Assembly (NCBI GenBank): GCA_964016885.1
Contig: OZ024740.1
Location: 260,772,001-260,836,000 of the forward strand
Origin: Eledone cirrhosa
Lineage: Eukaryota
Reading direction: 5' to 3'
DNA length: 64,000 bases
Shown here piece after piece: positions 40,819 through 51,849 of this stretch (its first letter is position 1; each line of letters begins with the position of its first letter). The notes beneath the pieces are model-generated. The model searched no databases. It was given only the letters and a program-made list of their open reading frames with translations, and was not told where the DNA came from. Made by a program: the position numbers and the translations under genes.

Positions 40819-40959
40819 GGGGATTCCTTTCTTTTTTTTTCTGTGCCTTTCCTTTCTTCTATCCTACGCCATTTTGTTTCTGTGTGTGACACACACAAAA
40901 ACAAAATGGCGTAGGATAGAAGAAAGGAAAGGCACAGAAAAAAAAAGAAAGGAATCCCC

Positions 40960-41004
40960 AGTCACTGAAGAGGTCACAGAGTGTGTGACGAAAGGACTAT
41001 GACT
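40960..41004 (+). ncRNA. Minimal type I hammerhead motif, copy 3
   Basis: AGTCA-CTGAAGA-G-GTCACA-GAGTG-TGTGAC-GAAA-GGAC-TA-TGACT: stem I 5 bp, stem II 6 bp, 2-bp stem III, CUA site. Confidence 0.7.
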
Positions 41005-41228
41005 ATATATAAACAACTATCTGGTTGTGGAACCAACCAGAAATTTATAGGTTTGTAAATTTATAAATTTATAAATATATAATAAATTGAAGTGAAAGCA
41101 ACTGGTGCGTGTGTTTCTTATTGGCAACATGACCCTCCCAAAGTATAACAATATCGGTTTCAACACACGATTTCAGATAAAGAATCTTGCTAAACAAATT
41201 CAGAAACGAAATATATATATATATATAT

Positions 41229-41357
41229 AACGAAGGAGGTGTGGTAAGGAACCAGATGGACCATAACGCACCGGAGTACTCAATACTTACAGTAGTAGAG
41301 TGGGTAATAGGAAAATGTTTAACCCCGACGGCAGAGCTCAAGCCGTTTTGACAGCTA
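41229..41357. repeat. Inverted copy of 39062-39190
   Basis: AACGAAGGAGGTGTGGTAAGGAACCAGATGGACC... is the reverse complement of ...GGTCCATCTGGTTCCTTACCACGCCTCCTTCGTT. Confidence 0.92.
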
Positions 41358-41595
41358 GATCCGAAACTGTATATATATATGAAATACGTGAAGTTGTATA
41401 TATATATATATAAAGAGAGGCGATGTATTTGTTTTGCGAGATTTTTTAAATATCAAATCGTGTGTTTAAACTGATATTGTTATATTTGGGGACGGCCATG
41501 TTGTCGTAATATAATCAGAAAAAAAACAATGTAAAACACAGCTTGCCTCACAATATATTCAGAGAATACAAACTATTAGAAACCTGCTTAGTTCG

Positions 41596-42200
41596 ATGAA
41601 CAGAATCTTGCAGGCCAGGAATCCAGCCAGTTACTTGGTACCTACCATGCATCAGCAAATATTCTATCATCCGTCTCAATTAACACAGTTGAGGGCTCCG
41701 GGTCCTTGCAAACTATTAGGTCAGCCCTGGCCCAGCAGGCCGCTGCATACCAGCCTTTGACGGGCACTCAGCAGATGAGACAAACCCGTCCAACGGGGGC
41801 CCATCCTACAATTCGCAGTAACCTTGGTTCTCAGCCCATCACTGGACAGACCGGACAGAGAATGTCTTTTACTCCCTCTGTTCCCGGAAGACAAGCGACT
41901 AATATGCAGTCCCAGAATTCGAGGCCTAACTTCAAGTTGAGCTCCAGACCTATCGGCCCCATGAGTACAATGCAGTCAACCAACTGCCCATCAACCAGCA
42001 CTGGTTGTCCAAGGACAAGAACCTTGGGCATGTTGGCAGCAGCTCCACAACAAGAACGGAAAGAGATGCTTGGTGAGACGCTCTTCCCCTTGATTCATGG
42101 TATGTATCCTGATATGGCCAGACAAATCACCGGTATGTTGTTGGAGATAGACAACTCTGAGTTCTTACACATGATTGACTCACAGGAGTTGTTGCAGGCG
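41596..42200 (+). pseudogene. PABPC1: Intronless fragment of cytoplasmic poly(A)-binding protein (P/Q linker and MLLE domain), probable processed pseudogene
   Basis: [55 protein letters not shown] at 42030-42195 matches the PABC/MLLE signature ([29 protein letters not shown]); no RRMs; substitutions at conserved sites. Confidence 0.85.
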
Positions 42201-42296
42201 ATTTTTGAAAAATGGCGTAGACATTACAATACAGTAGGAGGGAACATAATAGTACCACTGATGATGTTGTAGATGTGCAACGAAAGAACTTTGATA

Positions 42297-42351
<55 letters not shown>

Positions 42352-42438
42352 TATATATATGAATGTATATATAGTGTATTTTGCAATACACTGAATGCTT
42401 AATAAAAAGTCTCTCTCTGTAGATGTGTGTAGTTTTCC

Positions 42439-42528
<90 letters not shown>

Positions 42529-42544
42529 GTGTATATATTGAAGG

Positions 42545-43362
42545 GAGATACGGAAACTAAAACAGTGTTGTCATATAGAGAGTGAAGAGTGACAGAGAGA
42601 GTAAAGCAGTTAAATTATAGAGAGGGGGAATGATCTTAAATACATACATATAAAGTATAGATATGTGTGTGTGTTTGTGTATGTGTGTATGTGCATGTGT
42701 GTGTCTGTGTGTTTTGTTTTGATGTTATCTGGCAATTGGCGAAATCAGGTGTGAAAGTATGTGTATTTGTGTGTGTGTGTGTGTGTGTATGTGTGTGTGT
42801 GTGGTGTGTGTGTGTGTGTGTGTGTGTGTTACTTATGCGAGCGACGACAGAAAAAGTGTGAGGGATACATACATTATTATATTTGTCTGTATTTTCGTTC
42901 TGCAACCATTATATTATAATATTTGTATCCAAATGATTTTAGATGCATGTATTACCTGCTTGCCCGTCCGTCTGTTTCTCTTTCCCTGTCTCTCTCTCTC
43001 TCTCCCCTCTCTCCCCTCTCTCTCTCTTTAGATGTGTGTGTGTGTGTAGTTTTCCTAATCTGTCTCTTTCACTCTCTGTCTCTCTAAGAGGGTTGCCTTT
43101 TGATGTATGTATTACCTGCTTGTGTGTTGACTGAATTTGAAGGAGGTTATCCTTTTGAAATAAACATACATACGACGCTCATCTCTATGTTGATATATGA
43201 TATAAATAATGGGATTGATGAGTTAATATCTGTATACAACAACTACAACGGTTGACCGAATTTACATACGACGCTCATCTCTACGGAAAGTAAAAGAGTG
43301 TTGTCATATAGAGAGTGAAGAGAGACAGAGAGTAAAGCAGTTAAATTATAGGGAGGGTGAAA

Positions 43363-43425
<63 letters not shown>

Positions 43426-43612
43426 GACGCTCAGCTTTATAATATTTGAGAGTGAAGAGTGACAGAGAGAGTAAATCAGTTAAATTATAGAGAGGGGGAA
43501 TGATATATTATAGAGAGAGGGAAGAGCGACGGAGAGAGTAAAGCTAAGAAACTATAGGGAGGTGTGTAGGATACATACATACATAATACACACAACACTC
43601 AGCTTTATAATA
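42545..43612 (-). mobile_element. Fragmented non-autonomous Helitron-associated repeats with (CT)n, (GA)n and (GT)n tracts
   Basis: Unit GAGAGTAAAGCAGTTAAATTATAGAGAGGGGGAATGATC recurs here and at 44797-44980 inside the Helitron. Confidence 0.5.
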
Positions 43613-44035
43613 TCTATATATAAAACGGAAGATGTGTGTGCATGATTTTTATGCATTTCCACATTTCTCTACCGATTTTGATGATTTTTTTTCCAATGAG
43701 CTCCAAATTTACCAAGGATCGTCATCGCTTAATAAAATTTAAAATTTCCTGCTTCTATGAAAAAAATCGATAAAACTAAATACATGCTGTAACCCTCTCT
43801 CTTACACGCTTTGTCACTCTCACTACTACCCTCAACAATCTATGAAACTACATACATGTTTACAACTCTCTTTAAAAAGTTCATCCCTCCCTCTACTTCA
43901 CTTTCAATCTCCTCTGCAATTCTCTTTAAAAGGTTCATCCCTCCCTCTACTACCCTATCACCATTACAATTTAGAACAGCGACAAAACTTCTTTTCAAGG
44001 AACGCGACACAAACTTTGAAAACTAAGCAATCGAA
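43613..44035 (+). mobile_element. 5' portion of a non-autonomous Helitron
   Basis: Starts TCTATATATAAAACGGAAGATGT; inverted homolog of 45019-45309. Confidence 0.7.
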
Positions 44036-44318
44036 AGGTTGTGAGTTACATACAGGTAAACGTGGCTTGAAAGCGAATAAGCTTATCAATTAAGTGCATA
44101 AAGCAGTTGAACCGGTTATTAAAAGTTACGAACCAATTAGCATTTTGGACAATCAATGATGGGTTAATAATCTTCCAATAGCGAATTTAGCAGACCAAAG
44201 TTGCAAGATGGTGGCCCTCATGCCGCTGGGTGTCAGATCTGTCCGCCATGGGTGACCCTACCAGGAAATAGTTTTCCAGACGGCATAGCTCCAACACCTC
44301 CAACACCTGCACCAACAT

Positions 44319-45309
44319 CTATAGCACCTCTTTATAGACGATATTGCGTGTCATCCCTTGAGGAGTGTAAGCAAAAAGTCCATTCCTGCTCCCTACATAA
44401 AGTTGGCCATGGGAGAAGCATGGCTCCCCCAAATGGATGCCCGCCACCGACAATGTTTGCCCTTGTAACTTGTTAATGGACATGGCAAAACATGGTCTCA
44501 CCGGGAATTGGGATCGCCGGAAATCGACCGGGATATCTGACGCCGAAGGGAAAAGGTTCATCCTTGGCAGTGTATTCGGCAGAATTGCCAGAAGTACAAC
44601 ACTATGGGTGTTGTCACATTAATATTTAACCAATCAAAGTCGTAAAAAATAAATAATTTAAACATTCCGATTCATATGTCTATAGTATTAATCTGTATAT
44701 GAAGTGTTATTTTGCGGGTTGTTATTTCCAATAAGCCCATTTAAAATACCCCAGAAAAGCCGTATGTCAATACGGAACTCCAATGACTCCCTCAGCAGTT
44801 AAATTATAGAGAGGGGGAATAATCTATTATAGAGAGAGGCAAGAGCGACGGAGAGAGTAAAGCTAAGCTAAGAAACTATAGGGAGGTGTGTTAAACCTCA
44901 AAGCATGAAGAGAGTAAAGCAGTTAAATTATAGAGAGGAGGAATGATCTATTATAGAGAGAAGGAAGAGCGACTGAGAGAACGTTATGACTATGTTTGTT
45001 GTTGTATAAAATGATGTGTTGCTTAGTTTTCAAAGTTTATGTCGCGTTCCTGAACGAAGTTTTGTCGCTGTTGGGTAGTAGAGAGAGTGAATAAGCGTGT
45101 AAGAGAGAGAGTTACAGCATGTATTTAGTTTTATCGATTTTTCTCATAGAAGCAGGACATTTTTGGCAAAGTTTATTACGCGTTGACCATCGTTGGTAAA
45201 TTTGGAGCACATTGGAAAAAGCATCATCAAAATCGGTAGAGAAATGTAGAAATGCATAAAAATCATACACACACACAGACAGACATCTTCCGTTTTATAT
45301 ATAGAGAGA
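44319..45309 (-). mobile_element. Non-autonomous Helitron retaining a Pif1-like helicase C-terminus
   Basis: Minus 5' end TCTCTCTATATATAAAACGGAAGATG; ORF 44319-44561 RRSQFPVRPCFAMSINKLQGQTL..CFSHGQLYV..TRNIVYKEVL. Confidence 0.85.
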
Positions 45310-45787
45310 TTTATTGATTATAACTCACGCCGAAATTATACAAAATATACACAAGAATTATGTACGTTATTTGTTTGTTTGTAAAAGTAGAGTTAAAGTC
45401 GTATTTACCAAGAAAAATTCATGAACTTCACTGACTTGGTTGAGAGAGAAACCAAGAGATAGAGATTGAGTGAAAGAGAGAGAGAGTAAAAGAAAGTAAT
45501 AGTCTGTAAAACCCCAAGGGATCTGTAGAAAGCAATAGTCACTTGTATTTGTGAAGATAAACGTTTCTGTTAGTAGGTTTTGCACAGAGAAATATCTCTA
45601 TATATGAAACAAGAGAAAAAGTTTACAGAAAGTCAATAGGGAGAAAGTGAGCAAAATGCCAGATGAAATATATTTCATTGGAGTACCAGAATAAGTTGGA
45701 TCTTGAAAAGTAAGCCTCGATAAAAATGCTGCTTGTCTCATAGTAAACAGTAGCTCATGTAATGATCATCAGTTTAATTAGATCAAT

Positions 45788-46070
45788 CTAAATTCGACAC
45801 ATGACTTTTCCAACCACTGAAAGAAATGATATGCCATGATAATTGCCACATTTGTCTTTCCCACCCTTTCCTTTATGGAGAATCACCACGAACGTATCCT
45901 TCCAATCTTGTGGGACACTCTCACCTCCCCACACCTTTTTCATGAGGTCAGTCAGGCGCTGCATGAAGTTTTCACCACCGCACTCCAAAACCTCTGCATT
46001 CAGACCACCCATACCTGGAGACTTACCACAGTTCAGTTAATGCACAGCAGAAGTCACTTCTGCAAGAGAA
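45788..46070 (-). mobile_element. RTE (BovB-like) RT N-terminal fragment
   Basis: KSPGMGGLNAEVLECGG..VPQDWKD..KGKGGKDKCGNYHGISFLSVVGKV. Confidence 0.8.
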
Positions 46071-46164
46071 GGTACATACACACATACATACATACATACA
46101 TACATACATACATACATACATACATACATACATACATACATACATACATGCATACATACATACA

Positions 46165-46195
<31 letters not shown>

Positions 46196-46220
46196 CATAC
46201 ATACATACATACATACATAC

Positions 46221-46830
46221 ATGGTGGCTGCCAACTCGTTTTCGAGTACGGCCACTACTTTATATCCATGTAGGAGAACCCCTACTGATGCGCTGAACGA
46301 GTGTGACTTTTTAGTCCAGCCAGCGACTTGAACACTCTGGTACAAACACTACACTTGTGACAATTATTGACACATAGTGCTGGGCCCATGGTACCATGTG
46401 AGGACAAGTGCAGAGAGATCTCCAGATATAAAGCAATGCCTGTGCCGTGAAGCTTTTATAGTGAGCAAAGGCACTGCACAAAGCCAGTCCCACTCTCTTA
46501 ACCAAAATGATATTTACCAAAAAGAAGAACAAGTCAACATCATTGGATACCATCAGGGTTGCAGGTGTTATATCAGAGTTTTCCTTCTCCTAGAATTCTG
46601 CCTTGACAAAGGCTAAGGGGTCATCTCTCCCAGTGATTTTAGATGGCCATTGACTCTTAAGAGCTCCTTTGCCCTTTGACAGGTTTTGGTTTTAGTCCTG
46701 CAGGATGTCCAAAGTCACCCTCCTCATCAAGAAACCTTGGTGGGGTTGCCAGTTTAGTCGCCAACGACCCGACCATGGGACAGGTTGTACTGGGATACAT
46801 GTTACCAGTAGCACCAACTGGTGACCTGAC
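46221..46830 (-). mobile_element. Non-autonomous bipartite RTE derivative, copy 2
   Basis: Highly similar to 3022-3685, same ends; flanked by (CATA)n on both sides. Confidence 0.75.
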
Positions 46831-47749
46831 ACATACATACATACATACATACATACATACATACATACATAATAGCTGCATCTCAGTTTTGAGTATTGCC
46901 ATCCCTTGACCTTTTTCTCATACATGGGTGGCATGAACATGGCTTTCAGCTCTCCTAAGGATTTAGATTCCTTTTTGCATATGCTGCCACGATAGAAAAA
47001 CGGAAAAAGATATACTCACGCAGCACGCGTGGAAATAGTTTAGATCAACTGATGCCTGTGCTTGAAACTATTTTAAGTGAAGAAAAGCCTTGCATTCAAC
47101 CAATCTCACTCTGAACAATGGTGACAGGTATCCAAAAAGAAGAAAAGGGCTACATTATTGGCTGCCATCGAGTCGCAAGTTTTACATCAAAGATTTGCTT
47201 CTCCTAAAATGATGTCCTATGGCGCCAAACCGAGTATTTCCTTGTCCCCACCCATACATACATGCATACATGCATACATACATGCATACATGCATACATA
47301 CATACACACACACACACATGGTTGTTCCATCTTGTAAGATGACAGCCATCTCTACACCACTTCAATCATTCCTGCAGGTCTACATCTTCCCATATATACA
47401 GTCGTGACTTTTCAATTCAGCAACAAAAGTCAAGACTATGACCTCCACCTCCAGGCATATTTACAACTCTCCAACAGAGGATATATCAGTATGAGTGACT
47501 GGGGAAATGTGACTGTTCCCGTCTACACTACACCTCTCGAAGTGACGAAACTACGGAAGTTGTGGTATTTCATAGGTGCTAATTTGCGTGATACCCTAGT
47601 AGCTGCAGCTTCTTGTCGTATGACATATGCATAGTAGCTAGACAGGCAGGTCGAGACTGGCGATCCAGACCAAGACATCATTTGCAGTAATATGGATAGC
47701 CTCCAGGCTGGCGGGAAAACGTCTGAGGGGGCAATCCCGAACAACAAGC

Positions 47750-48335
47750 AACACTATCTGGTCAGGGGTTCCCATTGTCACATGCAGGGCTGTCTTTCAT
47801 TTTCAATCGATGGAGATCATGGGCTGCCTTCGCATGTTTTGTGCAGATCTAATTACGAGGATACCCATTGCTTTCTGTGAAGGTTACATCCAGCTGGTTT
47901 AGATGTGGGGTCTAGGACGAGGTCCTGGTTGTCAAATTTGGGTTAATTCCATGACCTTCGCACTCTTCCTTCAGATCAAAGTTATGAAGGGTCTTCATTG
48001 ATTACCAGAATGGTTTGCGTGATTTCACGCGCATGTTGAGAAGGTTTTCCAGATCTTCATAGATGGGAATGATAGGCTTGGACTAGGTAGGTAAGAAGTG
48101 TTGTCTTGCGGATCATCTCTTGACACCGCATGAGAGAAGGAGCTATATGAGAAAGGGTAGGCAGCCACTGTGTAGGTGTAGATTTCGGTGTGTCAGATAC
48201 TATTCTCATTGCTGAGTAAAGGATGGTGTCACCATGCTTGGCATGGCAACTCCCTGTCCAGACCGGTGAACAATACTCTGCAACTGAGTATGCAAATGAT
48301 AAGCACGCAGTTTGCTGTGAGTGTGTATCAGAATC
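47750..48335 (-). mobile_element. Decayed Ingi/Vingi-like LINE 3' remnant
   Basis: Minus-strand peptides SAMRIVS, KSTPTQWLPTLSHIAP, KMKDSPACD. Confidence 0.5.
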
Positions 48336-49074
48336 CTAGCTGTTTCCTGCCAACATAGGTAGAGCGTCGGACAACATGTTTTGCGGCATATAGTTATATC
48401 CCTTTACATCTAAGTTCAAATCCCACCGAAGTTAGCTTCGCCTTTTATCCTTACGGAGTTGATAAAATATAGTGCAAGTAATGCACTGGGTCGATTTAAT
48501 CTACTTTCTCCTCTCCCTAAAATTGTTGGCCTTGTGCCTAAATCAGAAACCATTATTACAAAAAATGCCGGTGGGTTGGCAGTATCGGTAGAGGGTCGGA
48601 CACCATTATTACAAAGAAAGGCGGTTGGTTGGTATCTAGTTTAGTTAGACAGCTTTACTTTATGGTAAATGAAAGTATCAGTTAATTACTAGTATCAATA
48701 TGATCGGCGTTCTTCTCTAAATTGCTCAAATTGCTGACTCTGTGCCTAAATTAAAAACCATTATCAGAAGTAGTACACAACTCACCCAATAACCTCTTTT
48801 GGGAACCAAGAACTATTTCTTCTGTTGATTCATAGCCAAAAAATTGTAAGATAAGCTATAGACTACAGGGTGAAGCTTGTTCCTAAAATTAACGTGTGAG
48901 TGGCTGAGCATCCTACAGGCACATGTACCCTTAATATAATTCTCAGTGATGTTCAACATGACACAGCACGTAACAATGTTGTCTCTTTGAATTACAGATA
49001 CAATTCCTTTTCCCCCAGCTGAATGAACTAGAGCAATGAAAAATAATGCGCTCCCAAGAATCAAATTCATGTGG

Positions 49075-49393
49075 GTGGTGACTAAGTTGGTCTTAATGGC
49101 AGCACCTCTTTCAGGTTTACGCCCTAGGTGTCTGCCTAGTTTACCTTCGTGGTAGCCTATTTGACCTTAATTGTAGCACCTCTCGGAGGCTTGTGCTCTG
49201 GATGGCTTCCCAGTTTGTCCTAATGGTAGCACCTCTCTGAGATCTGTGTCCTAGTTGGTTCACGAGAAAGTACTAATAATAGCACCTCTCTCAGGTCTAT
49301 ATTCTAGGTAGCTGCCTACTCGACCTTAATTGTAGTACCTCTCTGAGGTCTGTGCTCTAGGTGGCTGCCTAGTTGACCTTAACTGTAGCACTG
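49075..49393. repeat. 53-bp diverged tandem repeat, about 6 copies
   Basis: AGCACC-like anchor at 49101, 49175, 49228, 49281, 49334, 49387. Confidence 0.85.
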
Positions 49394-50221
49394 TCTCTGC
49401 TTCTACAATACTCTCGGTTCGACCTTATGAATGCTCAAAACTAGAAATATATAACATCTCCATGCATATACGGTTTCGATAAGACTTTCGTCTTTTACAG
49501 AGTATTTCTCTTGGACCTATCAATTACTCTCAGCTACTGTAGGTAGTGCAGAATTAACCTAGTAGCAAGAGCTGCATTTGCTACGGGCCCCTCCATTTTA
49601 GGGGGCCATGTTAAGTGCTTTAAACTATACTGCTTTAAACCTTTATGTCATATATATTTTTAAAGAATTAGGTCCCATATACAGACCCGGTAGTAAGTTC
49701 ATCCATCACTGACTTTAGATCTATCTATCACTAGGTACAGCCCAATTACTCTGTGGAGATATCTCTAATAAGAATTACTCATATCGTCATCAGAACGTCA
49801 GATAGAATGCTTTCTGTCATTTGTTTCGGCTTTCTGAATTCAAATCCCGCCGAGGTCAACTTTGCGTTTCATCCATTCAAGGTCGATAAAAAAAACCCAG
49901 TCTAGTACTGGAGCTAATTCTTCCTCTATATCTCTTTTTTACTTCCATTCTCTTATTCTCTCTATCCTTCTCTGGAATAAATTTACTGTATTCAGAGCTG
50001 GTGAAGATTGGACTCCGCCAAGTATAAACAAATATCCAAGAAACGCTGTGTGTTAATACGGCGTCCCTACGATTTCCTCAGGTGATACGGGACCAGGTAT
50101 ATCATCATCAGAACGGAAGTTTGGTAAATCTTCCTTTAAAACAATACCGAATCAGCTCCCTTTGAAACTACAAGGGGAATAACTTATGTAACCTTTGTTT
50201 TTTTAAGTGTTTTTTTTTAAT

Positions 50222-50556
50222 AATAATTGTTTCTACTTTAGGCACAAGGCCAGCAATTACCCAGTACATTACTGGTACTTTATTTTATCGACCCCGTAAG
50301 GATGAAAGGCAAAGTTAACCTCGGCGGGATTTGAACTCAGACTGTAAAGGGACGTAACTATGCTAGAAAGCATGGCATCCAACCCTCTACCGATACTGCC
50401 AATTCACCGTTTTTTTAATAATTGTTTCTACTTTTGGCACAAGGCCAGCAATTACTCAGTACATTACTGGTACTTTATTTTATCGACCCCGTAAGGATGA
50501 AAGGCATAGTTAACCTCGGCGGGATTTGAACTCAGAATGGCAAGGGCCGTAACTCT
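50222..50556 (-). mobile_element. Two tandem copies of the Nin-domain-like SINE
   Basis: 50222-50410 and 50417-50556 are near-identical and reverse-complementary to 30497-30748. Confidence 0.85.
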
Positions 50557-50589
50557 TTGCGTCAAGACGTTTTTTTAATAATAATGATT

Positions 50590-50669
<80 letters not shown>

Positions 50670-51849
50670 TATCTCTCTCTATATAAAAAATTATTTGTCT
50701 CTCTGTCTGTTTCTTTATGCATTCTCAAATGGCTCGACCAAATCAAATCAAATTTTACTAGGTAATAGTATGAGACCCCAGGATTAACATGTAATTTTAT
50801 TTTCATTTGGATTAAAACAACTGATCCTATGCTTAATCTCTATAACAATTATGTTTTCTTCAAGCGAATGAGTGAGGGTCTCAATGCTGTTGCTTGACCT
50901 GCTGGAAGTGACGGTCAAATCTCTTTCAGGTCACACCACAACATCCTGTATTGAAGAAGAACTTTTATCAACAGCTTCGGGCCCCAGTATGGTGCCAATC
51001 TTGTACTAAACGGGGGTGGGTGGGGGTGTAAATATGTTCCGGGATTGAGTGAACGAACTTTCGATTTGACATTTTGTTCGTGATCGCGCTTGACACGTGT
51101 ATCGTGAACGCATCACATACTTGTTCCTCTTTCCTTCCACAATCTCTGACACTTTTCGGAACTCTCCAGTTTCAGCTTCCTCTCTTCGGTGCTTTAGCAT
51201 CTTTCCACTCCAACTTTGCACTTTTGTCGAATTTGCCGTTTTGAATGCATGCACGCACACACACGGCATCGATCTCGGCACTTCTTCGTTTCGGTGCATC
51301 TCAGGACCTCAGGGCTCCTTCTTCAATCTTCTACCCCCTTTCTCCTTGACCCACTGCCCCCCCCCCCCTTTTTTTTTCTTTTCTTCTTCTCTTTTTTCCC
51401 CCTCTTTTTTTCCCTTCACTGTTATCGAACTTGCTGCTTAGGGTTCCCGGACACGCACGGCACTCGTCTCAACAACCTGTGTGTACTCGCCCCCAGGCAC
51501 AGTTTACAAACGTCTGGTATAGCTCGTCTCCAACCTCCTATTCTATGCGGTCCAGGCATCTCTTCTCCTTACCCATATAGCGGAATATTCTACCTCCTGC
51601 ACCCCTGAACTCAATGCTCGCTTCTCCTCAACCTTCCACCCACGAGGGGTTGACAGGTGCTACTCGTGCGCCACGTGCAACAGGTGCAAGGGAGGAAGGA
51701 ACTGCTCCAACTTCTACAGCTTCTTCCACCTCTCTTGCGTCAAATTCTCAAGACGTGCGTCGGATTCCCTGCACCGGTGGCACTACCCATCATACCTACC
51801 CACCCCGGCACCACAGGTGGTCACAGGCGCCCGACCCAAAAGGGACCTG

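Larger units (their letters stand above)
40240..41210. mobile_element. Three copies (+, -, +) of an about 320-bp hammerhead-bearing unit; probable Penelope-like pLTR or retrozyme-like element
   Basis: Copies 40240-40566 (+), 40612-40888 (-), 40890-41210 (+); the last two form a palindrome centred at 40889. Confidence 0.75.

Noticed and set aside
46745-46830. HDV-like ribozyme at the 5' end of the bipartite RTE (GGG-TCG-TTGG-CGA-CTAA-ACTGG, with CCAGT as P2 partner); also at 3575-3685
   Set aside because: RTE 5' UTRs often carry one and P4, J4/2 and P2 fit, but I could not build consistent P1 and P3/L3 by hand; needs a covariance-model search
49075-49393. CRISPR-like periodicity (also 58935-59220)
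   Set aside because: Whole units repeat with no unique spacers, no cas genes, eukaryotic context
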